A stretch of 64,000 nucleotides of DNA, from positions 1-64,000 of the IMG/VR virus record IMGVR_UViG_3300032224_001146; one strand, given 5' to 3'. Below are positions 14,169 to 24,854 of the stretch, piece by piece (positions within the stretch are counted from its first letter, which is position 1; the number at the start of each line of letters is the position of its first letter). Source of the stretch: a virus. A program made the translations under genes and the position numbers. The notes beneath the pieces were generated by a model that saw only the letters and a list, made by a program, of their open reading frames with translations, made no database searches and was not told where the DNA came from.

Positions 14169-15316
14169 TGGCAAAGAACAGAGTCAAGAATGTAATTGCT
14201 TCAAGATTAAAAGCTTTACTTTCTATAACAGAGACATTTAATAGATCAGATACTTCTTTATTAACTACAGCTGGATCAACTTCTGCAAAATGGGATTCGG
14301 TCAGAGGTTCCTGGGGAATTTCTTCTAATAAAGCTTCTTCATCAACTTCCGCATCTTCTTATCCAATTTCAACTTTAACATTTTCAAAAGAAGATGTTAC
14401 TATTTCTGTTGATGGAATTACTCCAGGAGTAGGAACAGCTTTTTGGGTAACCGATTCAGGCAATTGGTGGGGCACATATGTTGATGGAACACAATCCTGT
14501 CAAACTTGTGCTTCTGGAGGAAACTGTGCTTCTTATTATTCTTGTTGCCAAGGAACAATGAATTCAAGTAATCCATATAATTATGCATGTTGTACTGGTA
14601 ACTATAATCAAGGATATACTGATTCTGGAACAAATCCAGCTACATGCCCAGGAGGATTTGCTTATGACGCTTGTCCATGCGGAACATACAATCAAGGTTA
14701 TACAGCGGGATATTACGTTTGGTATACATGTGGTGGTTCAGGAAACGCTGCTCCAGCTTCTTCATGCGGATTGACATTTGCCCAAGCACAATCATGCGGC
14801 GGATGCAAAAGAAATAGTCAACCTTATTATAATCAAGGAAATTGTACCTGTTCTGGTTCATCATATTGTGTTGGTGGGTATGTTGCAGGAACTCCTTATA
14901 GTCAATGGGTAGCTGGAACCTGCAATCAAAATGGTACATGTACAGCTTGGAATACTTCAAATTGTAATTCTAATTATGCAGCAAACTGTTGTGGGGCATA
15001 TAATGCAACAACTTATTATGATTGCAATTGTGTAACAAATAATAGTATTAAATTAATTAAATCTATTGCTGGTACAATTTCAACAGTTGCAACATTTGCT
15101 TTAAGCTCAACAGTTGCAGGATTTAAAACAATTTTAAACGGTAGCACAGTTACAGTGCAAGCTTATTCTGGATCTGGATATACATCTCAAATAGGATCAG
15201 ATCAATTTTCAACAGTTTCTGGATATTCAAAAACTAAAAAACATGGTATACTAAAAGCTCCAACAACATATGCGGCATCACAAGGATCGGCAATAGACGA
15301 ATTTAAGGTTGTATAA
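14168..15316 (+). CDS. putative receptor-binding protein with a 24-Cys insertion
   Basis: beta-rich N/C halves flanking about 185 aa Cys/Gly/Tyr-rich segment. Confidence 0.7.
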   Translation: MAKNRVKNVIASRLKALLSITETFNRSDTSLLTTAGSTSAKWDSVRGSWGISSNKASSSTSASSYPISTLTFSKEDVTISVDGITPGVGTAFWVTDSGNWWGTYVDGTQSCQTCASGGNCASYYSCCQGTMNSSNPYNYACCTGNYNQGYTDSGTNPATCPGGFAYDACPCGTYNQGYTAGYYVWYTCGGSGNAAPASSCGLTFAQAQSCGGCKRNSQPYYNQGNCTCSGSSYCVGGYVAGTPYSQWVAGTCNQNGTCTAWNTSNCNSNYAANCCGAYNATTYYDCNCVTNNSIKLIKSIAGTISTVATFALSSTVAGFKTILNGSTVTVQAYSGSGYTSQIGSDQFSTVSGYSKTKKHGILKAPTTYAASQGSAIDEFKVV

Positions 15317-15636
15317 TGTCTCATAAATACAAGCATATTAAAAAAGAATACAGAAAGCAAAGAAGAAAACAATTCTATGCCAAAATTAACTTTTACAAAA
15401 AATGGCAATATAAAAAGTTTATATCTAAAAATATTCATCCAGATGTATCTTCTATAACAAATCATATAGCGTTTGTAATTGATGGAGAAGTTGTAGAAAT
15501 TATTCATTGCCAACCAAAAATGGCTGCCATTTTAATGAGTAATCCAGATATAGTTGAAATTCCAAAAGATAAAAAACCAGCACTTGGAGACAGATACGAA
15601 AACGGTCTGTTTATTTCAATAGAAAATAAAAAGTAA
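15316..15636 (+). CDS. hypothetical protein (fibre chaperone-like, IAFVIDGEVVEII)
   Basis: ORF track; TAATG coupling. Confidence 0.65.
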   Translation: MSHKYKHIKKEYRKQRRKQFYAKINFYKKWQYKKFISKNIHPDVSSITNHIAFVIDGEVVEIIHCQPKMAAILMSNPDIVEIPKDKKPALGDRYENGLFISIENKK

Positions 15637-16397
15637 TGAAAGTTCTTCAATTTTTAAGAAAAAGGGGATTCCAGTACAATTTAGAGTACCCAAAACCATC
15701 TTCTGAGTTTATTCCAGAATGGTTTAGAAAAGCCGAATCTTTTATTGAGATTGAAACTGGACTAATTGCCAATATTGATCAACAAGGAATTTCTGGAGGA
15801 TTGAAATCATGTATGCCATTTTTAGATGCTCTTAGTTCTGGGTATATGATGGTTTCTGTAGCAAACATAAGAATTACTAAAAATGAAAATGATGTTGTTG
15901 AGTGGGAATATGTAGAAAAAGATAAAAATGGAGAATGGCAAGTTACAGATATTGATTGGACTCAAATTGCTGAAAGACATGGAGATATTGGACATACAAT
16001 TCCAAGACCTTATGGGTTTGCAAATAACCATCTTGTTTGGACAAATCATTGGGGAATGAAACTTCCTAAAGGTTGGAGTGTTTTAGCAACACATCCATTA
16101 AATAGAACAGATTTGCCATATTATACTTTAAGCGGAATCGTAGATAGCGATAGGTTTGCTCCAAACGGCAACCTTCCCTTTTTTATTAAAGATGGTTGGC
16201 TTGGCGTTATAGAAAGAGGAGCTCCCCTAGTTCAACTAATTCCAATTAAAAGATCTACCTGGGTTTCAAAAGTTGGCCATTTAAATGAGATGGATCATTT
16301 TTTTGGACACGAAGCAAGAAATATTGCATACGGATATTACAGAAAAAATATGTGGGTTCCTAAAAAATATAAAAGAGGTAAAGATGAAGTGGAATAA
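15636..16397 (+). CDS. conserved phage protein, dUTPase-like/DUF6065-like beta fold, paralog 1
   Basis: PEWF..., KSCMPFLDALSSGY, PKGWSVLATHPLN, LSGIVDSD, GAPLVQLIPIKR, YRKNMWVPKKY. Confidence 0.65.
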   Translation: MKVLQFLRKRGFQYNLEYPKPSSEFIPEWFRKAESFIEIETGLIANIDQQGISGGLKSCMPFLDALSSGYMMVSVANIRITKNENDVVEWEYVEKDKNGEWQVTDIDWTQIAERHGDIGHTIPRPYGFANNHLVWTNHWGMKLPKGWSVLATHPLNRTDLPYYTLSGIVDSDRFAPNGNLPFFIKDGWLGVIERGAPLVQLIPIKRSTWVSKVGHLNEMDHFFGHEARNIAYGYYRKNMWVPKKYKRGKDEVE

Positions 16398-17151
16398 AAA
16401 GTCTCCAAAAGACACTTCGTCCAACGGGAACATTGATTTTGTATTAGTTGATTCTGATAAAGATGGAAGTTTTTTAGAGGTTAAAAAAGCAATAGATGTA
16501 ATGCCAGAGTGGTATAAAAATTTACCAGGCACAGCAGTACTAAGAGAAAACGACAAAAGAAAAGATTTGACAGCAAAAAGATGTATTCCAATATTAGATG
16601 CATTTAATTCAGGTTATGTTCTTGTAACAACAGAAGACTATATTTTTGGAAAAAATGATAATCAATATACTTTTACTGGAAGTAGAAATGTTGCAACAAA
16701 AGCAATAGGCATGCATCCGTGGACTCAGCTCGGAGACATTACTCTTTCTCCTGAATTTATTGAATACGCTTTTAAATGGGGAAACCCATATTTAATTAAA
16801 ACTCCTCCTGGGTATAGTTGCATGTTTACGCACCCATTAAATTATTTTGATCTCCCATTTCACAGCATGTCTGGAGTTGTTGATACAGATAATTATATTA
16901 TGCCAGTTTTATTTCCATTTATGATGAAAAATAATTTTGATGGATTAATCCCAAAAGGAACTCCAGTAATTCAAATAATTCCTTTTAAACGTGAAGATTG
17001 GAAAAGCAACATTTACGATAAAGTTTCTCCAGTATTTACAGTAAAGAAAGAAGATGCTAGAATTGATTATGAATCTGAAAGATATTTAAATGGAGAAGCA
17101 GCAGGCGGAATGTACAAAAGAGATTATAGAAAGAAAAAGAGGTATATTTAA
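16384..17151 (+). CDS. conserved phage protein, dUTPase-like/DUF6065-like beta fold, paralog 2
   Basis: PEWYK, KRCIPILDAFNSGY, TPPGYSCMFTHPLN, MSGVVDTD, KGTPVIQIIPFKRE. Confidence 0.65.
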   Translation: MKWNKKSPKDTSSNGNIDFVLVDSDKDGSFLEVKKAIDVMPEWYKNLPGTAVLRENDKRKDLTAKRCIPILDAFNSGYVLVTTEDYIFGKNDNQYTFTGSRNVATKAIGMHPWTQLGDITLSPEFIEYAFKWGNPYLIKTPPGYSCMFTHPLNYFDLPFHSMSGVVDTDNYIMPVLFPFMMKNNFDGLIPKGTPVIQIIPFKREDWKSNIYDKVSPVFTVKKEDARIDYESERYLNGEAAGGMYKRDYRKKKRYI

Positions 17152-17420
17152 TGTCTGATGTTCCAAATAGATCAGCAAGACCATGGGATCTTTTTAATAA
17201 AAAGATTGAAAGGGTTACAGAGATAATTGCAGAAGAAAGGCTTAACATTTGCAAAGCTTGCCCAGAATACATAAAATCCACACATCAATGCAAGAAATGT
17301 GGTTGCATAATGAATTTAAAGGTAAAACTAGCTAATGCTAACTGTCCAATAAAAAAATGGGATTCAGTTGATCCTCAACAAGAGATAGAAAAGTACACAG
17401 ACGAACAATTAGGCCTTTAG
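17151..17420 (+). CDS. DUF6171-like Cys-rich protein
   Basis: RLNICKACPE...QCKKCGCIMNLKVKL...CPIKKW. Confidence 0.7.
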   Translation: MSDVPNRSARPWDLFNKKIERVTEIIAEERLNICKACPEYIKSTHQCKKCGCIMNLKVKLANANCPIKKWDSVDPQQEIEKYTDEQLGL

Positions 17421-17446
17421 TCCTCCAAAGAGGTATAATATAAGAT

Positions 17447-19606
17447 ATGACTACCCTGTACCCAACTGACTTAGACACCTTTGTAAACCCGCAATCAACT
17501 GATTCGGTTCAAGTTGTATCTCACTCAGAACAGCATTCCAAGGCAAATGATGCCATAAAAGCCCTACAAAGAAAAGTTGGAAAAACTGGGTCAACTGACG
17601 TAACTTCTGTTGAAAATAGGCTGACCACATTAAAATCATTTGTAGACAATATTACAACTGCTTCAGTTGCTGAAAATATTTCTAGTCTTTATTTTACTGA
17701 AGAACGTGCTCAAGATGCAGCGGCAAAAGCTTTAGTTGATGGATCTCACTCTCATATAACGGTTACATATGACGATGCAACAAATAAGATTAATTTATCA
17801 GTAGCTCCAGAAGTTGTACTATCAACTGGACTTACAACAACTCTTGGAGATTATTTAACTGTTTCAACATTTGAAGCTTTTAAAGATGTTCCATTTGGAA
17901 CCCCAACACTTGACGCAAATGGGTTATTAAGAGATTCAGAAATTCCGTCTTCAATTACAAGAGATGTAGAGCTTGCAGCTGGAGTATTAGAGGCAAAATC
18001 TTATACAGACCAAGAGGTTGCAGGTGCCGTCTCAGGTGCAGCTTTAGATGCTCAATCAAAAGCTGATCAAGCACTTTCTGCAGCTGGATTTTATACAGAT
18101 CAAAAAATTTCAGGTTTGGTAAATGGAGCCCCAGCAGTATTAGATACTTTAAAAGAGTTATCAGACGCACTTGGAGCAGATAAAAATTTTGCTACAACAA
18201 TGTCAACAAGTTTGGCTGGAAAATCAGCAGTAGGTCATACTCACGTATCTACAAATATCACAGATTTTATAGAGGCAGCACAAGATGCTTCAGCAATTCT
18301 TTTTAATCATACAAGCCATAATAATGTTACAGCAACTTATGATGATGCTAATAATAAAATTGTTTTAACCGTTAGCCCACAACTTACTCAAGAACAAGTT
18401 CAAGATTATATTGCTCCATTGTTTACACATGGCAATAATAAAAATATGAACTTGATGTATGACGACGAAGCTAATCAACTTATTTTAGAAGCCATTACAG
18501 AGCCTTCTAAGGCTGTTATGTCAGATACTCCACCATCTAATCCCGCACACGGTGCTTTTTGGTTAGATACAGATGAGTTTAGAAGCGGTGTTAGAGCACT
18601 TAAGATTTACAATAAGTATCCAGCTGCTTATAAAGGAGACTATAATAACGGCGGGTATTATGCATTAAACGATGTTATTTCTATTCCAGTTGGTAGTCCA
18701 TATGGAACTGCTGGAGATTTTTATATTAGAACAGGAAACCCTGGTAATCCTGGATATCCTCCAACAGTTCTTGGAAACTGGACACTATATTCATTTACTC
18801 CAAATTGGGAGTATGCTTCAACTGCTTTAAGTCTAACTACAGAAAATGTTTGGACAACTAAAAATACTTTTAATCAAGGTATTATTATGGGCATGGATGT
18901 TGCTCCAAGCAATCCAGTTGAAGGACAAATTTATTACAACCTTGCAGCAGAAAAACTTAGAGTATTTGATGGTTTAGTTTGGAAAGATGTTTCAGGTGGT
19001 GCAGGCGGAGGCGGAGGATTGCCAAGCATTTCTACAGATGGAACTGCAACACCAGCAACCCTTTTCTTTGGAATGATTGCTCCACCAAATGCTGCGGCTC
19101 TTGAAGGAGACATTTGGTTTGACGTAGATGATCTTGGAATGCCATATGGACAATTCTTTACTGGAACAACTGCACCAGATCCAGCACAATATGAATTTTG
19201 GGTAGATCCTAATTTAGCTCCAGGGGAATTAATTTATTCTGCTACAGAGCCTCAGACTCCAAGTTATACTGGTGAACTTTGGATTGATACTGATGATTTA
19301 GATGGACAATTGGTACAAATTGGAACAACTGCCCCAAATCCCGCAAATGCACAACTTTGGGTGGACACACAAGATTTAGATACTCCAACATATTATTCTA
19401 ATTTATATTTTCCAACTTATAATAGTGTAACTGAATTTCCATATGCTGTTTCAAAACCAGGCATGATTGCAGTAGACTCAAGTACAAATGTTGTATATGT
19501 TTCAATTAATGGTGGGTGGGTTCCACAGCCATTAAACAGTAAAGTTTCAGAAGTTGAGGTTGTTTCTCGTAAAAATGAAGCTTTAACATGGATGGGCTTT
19601 TTATAA
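17447..19606 (+). CDS. tail fibre-like structural protein (719 aa)
   Basis: APAVLDTLKELSDALG, QDxx..TYDDA repeats, P-x-x-G-x-[IL]W-x-D repeats. Confidence 0.8.
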   Translation: MTTLYPTDLDTFVNPQSTDSVQVVSHSEQHSKANDAIKALQRKVGKTGSTDVTSVENRLTTLKSFVDNITTASVAENISSLYFTEERAQDAAAKALVDGSHSHITVTYDDATNKINLSVAPEVVLSTGLTTTLGDYLTVSTFEAFKDVPFGTPTLDANGLLRDSEIPSSITRDVELAAGVLEAKSYTDQEVAGAVSGAALDAQSKADQALSAAGFYTDQKISGLVNGAPAVLDTLKELSDALGADKNFATTMSTSLAGKSAVGHTHVSTNITDFIEAAQDASAILFNHTSHNNVTATYDDANNKIVLTVSPQLTQEQVQDYIAPLFTHGNNKNMNLMYDDEANQLILEAITEPSKAVMSDTPPSNPAHGAFWLDTDEFRSGVRALKIYNKYPAAYKGDYNNGGYYALNDVISIPVGSPYGTAGDFYIRTGNPGNPGYPPTVLGNWTLYSFTPNWEYASTALSLTTENVWTTKNTFNQGIIMGMDVAPSNPVEGQIYYNLAAEKLRVFDGLVWKDVSGGAGGGGGLPSISTDGTATPATLFFGMIAPPNAAALEGDIWFDVDDLGMPYGQFFTGTTAPDPAQYEFWVDPNLAPGELIYSATEPQTPSYTGELWIDTDDLDGQLVQIGTTAPNPANAQLWVDTQDLDTPTYYSNLYFPTYNSVTEFPYAVSKPGMIAVDSSTNVVYVSINGGWVPQPLNSKVSEVEVVSRKNEALTWMGFL

Positions 19607-19641
19607 AAACTTTGGTATACTTTGTAAAGGAGTAATATACT

Positions 19642-20271
19642 ATGTCACTTAAAAGATGGGATGGCTCTTCATGGGTCGTCGTAGCAGGATCTAGACCAGG
19701 ACCTCAAGGTCCTCAAGGTGCTACTGGTCCAGCTGGAACAAATGCAACAATTTCTGTTGGCACAGTAGACACAACAAGTTCTGGAACAAATGCAACAATA
19801 ACAAATTCTGGAACAGCAACTGCAGCAATTTTAAATTTTCAAATTCCTAGAGGTGCAACTGGACAACAAGGTACACAAGGAATTCAAGGTGTAGCTGGAG
19901 TAAGAGGTTCACTTAATTACACTGGAACAAATGCACCAACATCAACAAGTCCTGCAAAAGCTGGATTACTTGGCAACGATACATATCTAGCAACTTCAAC
20001 TGGCAACTGGTATGTATATGATGCATCAGGTGCTGGAACATGGTCATTACAAGGAAACATTAAGGGCCCAACTGGAGCAACTGGAGCAAAGGGTGACACT
20101 GGAGCAACTGGTCCATCAGGAAGCGTTTTAGCAAATGAACTGTATGCAAAAACGGCGGCATGGGAAGTAGACGTACTATGCAATTTGGGTATATACTATC
20201 CAAAGTACACTACAACATTAACACAAACACAATTAAACAGTAGATTTGCAGCTAGCAGTTTCTTATTTTAA
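19642..20271 (+). CDS. collagen triple-helix repeat virion protein
   Basis: multiple Gly-X-Y runs. Confidence 0.8.
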   Translation: MSLKRWDGSSWVVVAGSRPGPQGPQGATGPAGTNATISVGTVDTTSSGTNATITNSGTATAAILNFQIPRGATGQQGTQGIQGVAGVRGSLNYTGTNAPTSTSPAKAGLLGNDTYLATSTGNWYVYDASGAGTWSLQGNIKGPTGATGAKGDTGATGPSGSVLANELYAKTAAWEVDVLCNLGIYYPKYTTTLTQTQLNSRFAASSFLF

Positions 20272-20283
20272 GGGAGTAAATAC

Positions 20284-23200
20284 ATGGCAAGAAGACAAAT
20301 AGAAGAGACATATTATACATTTACACCAAGCACTAATACTCTCTATATTCCTAGAGTAATCAAGCAAGAACGCTTGATGCTTATTACTAACGTCACACAG
20401 GGCGTAGTAATTTATAACTTCTCAGACCCAAATATCGGTGCAATTTCTGTAACACAAAATAATTCAAGTGTTAATAAGCCAGGAACAACAATTGTTCTTG
20501 AATATAATTGTTCCTCAATGCTTTCAACAGACAAACTTGCCATTGTCTATGATGAAGTAAATGATACAGTTACATTTGAACCAGCTCTTTTAGATGCTGT
20601 TCAAAAGCTTCGTGTTGCACCACCACAATCCCTCATGGATACAGACTTTGAATATGGTGTTCAGCCATCAAAATGGGAAGCATTAGTAACATGCGATAAT
20701 TATCCAACATTTTTCTCTAGAACTACAGGCGGAAATTCATATGACCTTATCTCAATTTCAGCAGATGGAGTTTCTCCAAGATCTACAGTTACCGTAGTTA
20801 CAGCTTCAGCACACGGACTAGCAACTGGAGATGTTGTATCAGTTCAAGAAACAACTTCAAGCGTAACAGATGGAACCTTTCCAGTATTAGTAGTTGATTC
20901 AACATCATTTACATATACTGCTCGTGGAGTTGTATCAGGAACACTTAAAGATGGAAACATGACTGGTATTTATGGTGGAGGAATTTATGATAATGCACAT
21001 ATCATGGGCGGACTTACAGGTGGATTTGGCGGATGGAGTGCAATTTCAGATCAAGCAACACCTTCTGTAATTACAGTTCAAACACCAAGACCTCATGGTC
21101 TTCTTCCAGGAACACCAATTCTTATTGGTGATTTAACTTCTCCAATTGGTGGAAATCAATTTATCACAAACGTTTCTCAACCAAATCAATTTAAATTTAC
21201 AGTAGCATCTGGCTCACAGGTTTTGAATCCAATTTCAACAACTAACATTGGATTATACACACGTCCAGAAGGTTATGTTGATCACCGCCCATTTGATGGT
21301 GGAGTTATTTTAACAACAGCAAACAACGTTTGTGGTGTTCAAACAGTTCGTCAAACACGTCGTTATTTCCGCTACCAATCAGGTAAATCAATTCAATTCT
21401 CAACTGGTGCAAAACTTACACCAACTTATGACATTGATAATATTTATGCTAACAACAATGCAGTTGGTGTCGTAGATGTATTCGTAACAACAAGGCAGGA
21501 TCATGGTCTACAACCAGGTGCAAAGATTAGAGTTGAAAATGCAACAGTAACAGGTTCTTATAACCCATGGAATAATACATTTACAGTTTCAGAAACAACT
21601 GGAACAAATACATTTAAATTCCAAATGACATTACCACAAGTAATTCCTTCAACAGATCAATTCCCAGGTGGAACAGACCTTAAGATTACAGTTACAAAGT
21701 GGAAGGGTGCAGCAACTCGTTGCGGATTGTTTGATGATCAAAATGGATTTTTCTTTGAATATGATGGAGATCAATACCATGTTGTTCGTAGATATACAAA
21801 GAAAGAATTATTTGGCCGCTTAAATCTAACACAATATTCTAACTATGTTCAAGGAACAAATACAAGATTTAGAAAACAGCTTGTAGTTGGAGACCAGATT
21901 GCAATTAGAGGTGCTCATTATAGAGTTATTCAAATTAATAATGATACAGAACTTTATATTTCTCCTGCTTATAAAGCACAGACAGTAACATCTGCTAGAT
22001 ATTTAAAGACAGAGCAAGTGAAAGTTCCTCAATCACAATGGAACATTGATAAGATGGATGGAACAGGACCTTCGGGTTATGTAATTGATCCAGGTCGCAT
22101 GCAGATGGTTTATATTGACTATACATGGTATGGTGCAGGATTCATCCGTTTTGGATTTAGAGCAACTGATGGAAATATTTTCTATTGCCACAAGATGCCT
22201 AATAACAATGCTAATACAGAAGCATATATGCGTTCTGGTAACCTTCCAGCTCGTTATGAAGCAGTCAATGAGCCAACAAAGTTTGCTCGTTTAGTAGCAG
22301 GCGGAACAGCAATTAGTGGTGCAAATCTTAACCCAACAGAAATTGCAATGTATGTTGATAACGTTGATTTTTGGCCAACAGATGGCTATTTAATGATTAA
22401 GGATGATCAGAATACTGAAATTCTTTCTTATTCATCAATTGGTGCATACAATGCAGTTGCAGGCGGATACTTAATTAATATTGCACGTAGACAACCAATG
22501 TCAATCAATTATTCAGGTTCAATGGTTAATTTAACTGGAACATCAACATCTGTTGTTTTCACACCAGATGCTACAATTCCAGGAGGAGCAGGAACTACAC
22601 AAGTTTCAGTACAACCAATTTCACAGCAATGTGCACCAGTTATTTCACACTGGGGATCTTCGGTTATTATGGACGGAAGATTTGATGATGATAAGTCATA
22701 CATCTTTACCGCTGGTATGCAGAGATTCTTGCAAATTTCAGGATCTGGTACATTTACTGCAAAGATTGCATCTCGTTCAGCAACAGGTGGTGTAGCAACT
22801 CTTACAACATCTACAGTACATACAATTCAGCCAGGATACAACGTTTCTATCTCTGGTGTTAACACAACAGCAACAGTAACAGCAGCAGCAATTACCACAA
22901 ATAATACTGCAACACTTACAACTTCTGGTGCTCACAACCTGATTGCAGGACAAACAATTTCAGTAACTGGTGTTATTGCTGCAGGAAATACAATATTTAA
23001 TGGAACATATGTAATTGCAACTGTTCCAACATCAAATCAAATTACATATACAAGAGTATGGCCTCAAAACGTTTCTTATACTGGACTTTCGGGAACAATA
23101 ACAGAATCTCAAACATTTAACGGAACATTTTCTGTAACAGCTGTAACATCAAATACAATTACATATAATATTTCAAACTCAACAACATTTGCAACATTGA

Positions 23201-23781
23201 TTGTGTCTGGTACAGCAACACAATCCTTTGGTACATCTTCACAAGCTAGACCATTGGTATCAATTAGAATTGCCCCTTCAGTAGACAATGGTCTTGGAAG
23301 AAATTATGGAATTCGTGAAATTGTTAACCACATGCAGCTTAACCTTTCATCAATTGGTATTTTGTCCTCTGGACAGTTCCTTGTACAAGGATTTTTGAAC
23401 CCAGCTTCAATGGCTGGTGTATCAATTCCAGGAGATTGGGAAACTACAAGAATTCCAGGTGGTTCTCTTGCACAAGTAATTTATCATGATGGTTCTGGAG
23501 TTCCAGGAACAACAATTACTAACCCAACAAATACAATTACGGGAGGTGACCAGGTGTTTGCGTTCTATACTGAAAACTCTGGTGGTGATAACCTTTCTGT
23601 TACAAACTTTGATCTTTCAAAAGTAAGAGATCTTGGAACATCAATTCTTTCTGGAAATGGAAATACTTCAGCTCCAGGATATCCAAATGGTCCAGATATT
23701 CTTACAATCGTAGCAACAAACCTTGGTGCTACAACTGGTAACATTACAACACGTCTGTCTTGGACAGAAGCTCAAGCTTAA
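20284..23781 (+). CDS. large virion structural protein (1165 aa) with repeated HG[L]xxG beta modules
   Basis: DTDFEYG..KWE, RQTRRYFRYQSGK, YIDYTWYGAGFIRFG, repeated T..HGL..GD.V.V modules. Confidence 0.75.
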   Translation: MARRQIEETYYTFTPSTNTLYIPRVIKQERLMLITNVTQGVVIYNFSDPNIGAISVTQNNSSVNKPGTTIVLEYNCSSMLSTDKLAIVYDEVNDTVTFEPALLDAVQKLRVAPPQSLMDTDFEYGVQPSKWEALVTCDNYPTFFSRTTGGNSYDLISISADGVSPRSTVTVVTASAHGLATGDVVSVQETTSSVTDGTFPVLVVDSTSFTYTARGVVSGTLKDGNMTGIYGGGIYDNAHIMGGLTGGFGGWSAISDQATPSVITVQTPRPHGLLPGTPILIGDLTSPIGGNQFITNVSQPNQFKFTVASGSQVLNPISTTNIGLYTRPEGYVDHRPFDGGVILTTANNVCGVQTVRQTRRYFRYQSGKSIQFSTGAKLTPTYDIDNIYANNNAVGVVDVFVTTRQDHGLQPGAKIRVENATVTGSYNPWNNTFTVSETTGTNTFKFQMTLPQVIPSTDQFPGGTDLKITVTKWKGAATRCGLFDDQNGFFFEYDGDQYHVVRRYTKKELFGRLNLTQYSNYVQGTNTRFRKQLVVGDQIAIRGAHYRVIQINNDTELYISPAYKAQTVTSARYLKTEQVKVPQSQWNIDKMDGTGPSGYVIDPGRMQMVYIDYTWYGAGFIRFGFRATDGNIFYCHKMPNNNANTEAYMRSGNLPARYEAVNEPTKFARLVAGGTAISGANLNPTEIAMYVDNVDFWPTDGYLMIKDDQNTEILSYSSIGAYNAVAGGYLINIARRQPMSINYSGSMVNLTGTSTSVVFTPDATIPGGAGTTQVSVQPISQQCAPVISHWGSSVIMDGRFDDDKSYIFTAGMQRFLQISGSGTFTAKIASRSATGGVATLTTSTVHTIQPGYNVSISGVNTTATVTAAAITTNNTATLTTSGAHNLIAGQTISVTGVIAAGNTIFNGTYVIATVPTSNQITYTRVWPQNVSYTGLSGTITESQTFNGTFSVTAVTSNTITYNISNSTTFATLIVSGTATQSFGTSSQARPLVSIRIAPSVDNGLGRNYGIREIVNHMQLNLSSIGILSSGQFLVQGFLNPASMAGVSIPGDWETTRIPGGSLAQVIYHDGSGVPGTTITNPTNTITGGDQVFAFYTENSGGDNLSVTNFDLSKVRDLGTSILSGNGNTSAPGYPNGPDILTIVATNLGATTGNITTRLSWTEAQA

Positions 23782-23793
23782 TAGGGGGAATAG

Positions 23794-24462
23794 ATGCCAA
23801 GTTTCAGTACTTTATCTAATCAGATAACAGTATTTAAAAATAAGGTTGATGCATTAACAGCATCAGGTAGCCTTACAGCTAATGACCTACTCCTTCTTGC
23901 AGAAGCACTAACTGTTATTGGAACAGCATTAGGTGTACAAGATATTGTAGCAGCAACAGCTGATGCAGTTACTCAAGTACAAGCAGCTGGAACATCAACA
24001 ATTGCAACAGTAAATGCAACTGCAAATGGAACTGCTGTATCAAATCTTCAATCTTCATATAATACATTACAATCATCTTATACAAATCTATCTCCTCGTG
24101 TTACATCACTTGAAACAACAAGCACTTCTCAAGCATCAGCAATTGCCACAGCATCAGCATTGGCATCCCTCGGTGGATGGAATGCTTGGCAGCTTGTAAC
24201 AGCAAATAAAACATTAGTAAATGCTGATAGAGTATTTGTGGTTCCAGCAGCTAACTTGGTAATTACACTTCCAGTAACTCCATCAATTGGACAAGCAGTA
24301 AGAATTGTTGATGCTGCAGGAACAGCAGGAACAACAAACTTTACAATTGCAAGAAATGGTTCTAATATTATGGGTGTAGGTCAAGATATGACTGTAAATA
24401 CAAACTCTGCTAGACTACACTTGGTTTATGTTGATTCAACAAGAGGATGGAGATTAGTATAG
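23794..24462 (+). CDS. short fibre protein, N-terminus paralogous to 30247..30579
   Basis: KVDAL...DL..LA.A...LGVxDIVAAT; C-terminal ITLP..G..V.IVD...LVYVDSTRGW. Confidence 0.7.
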   Translation: MPSFSTLSNQITVFKNKVDALTASGSLTANDLLLLAEALTVIGTALGVQDIVAATADAVTQVQAAGTSTIATVNATANGTAVSNLQSSYNTLQSSYTNLSPRVTSLETTSTSQASAIATASALASLGGWNAWQLVTANKTLVNADRVFVVPAANLVITLPVTPSIGQAVRIVDAAGTAGTTNFTIARNGSNIMGVGQDMTVNTNSARLHLVYVDSTRGWRLV

Positions 24463-24854
24463 TGGCACTTTATAGCGATGTTGTTAACTCAACAATGAAT
24501 TTTACTAATATCACCACAACAGGAGCCACAATCTCTGGATATAAAACAGGACGAATTGATCTGGGAACAACAAGCGGTACAGTAAACCTAGATTTATCTC
24601 TTTCAAATGATTTTACATGTACACTAAATGGAAATACAACATTTAATATTACAAACACTCCATCAACTGGAGTTGTGGGATTTTCACTACAGCTTAATGG
24701 TGGAGGATCTTATACAGTAACATTTACAAATGCCAAGTATCCAGCAGCTACAGCACCAGCTTTAACTGCAGGTGGAATTGATGTTATTACATTTATTACA
24801 TACGATAATGGAACTTCTTGGAGAGGCACAGTAGCGATGAAGGACTCAAGATAA
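24462..24854 (+). CDS. small virion protein, paralog family of 32259..32696
   Basis: GTG start coupled; DVITFITYDNGTSWRG vs TVLNFYTRDGGTTIYG. Confidence 0.65.
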   Translation: MALYSDVVNSTMNFTNITTTGATISGYKTGRIDLGTTSGTVNLDLSLSNDFTCTLNGNTTFNITNTPSTGVVGFSLQLNGGGSYTVTFTNAKYPAATAPALTAGGIDVITFITYDNGTSWRGTVAMKDSR

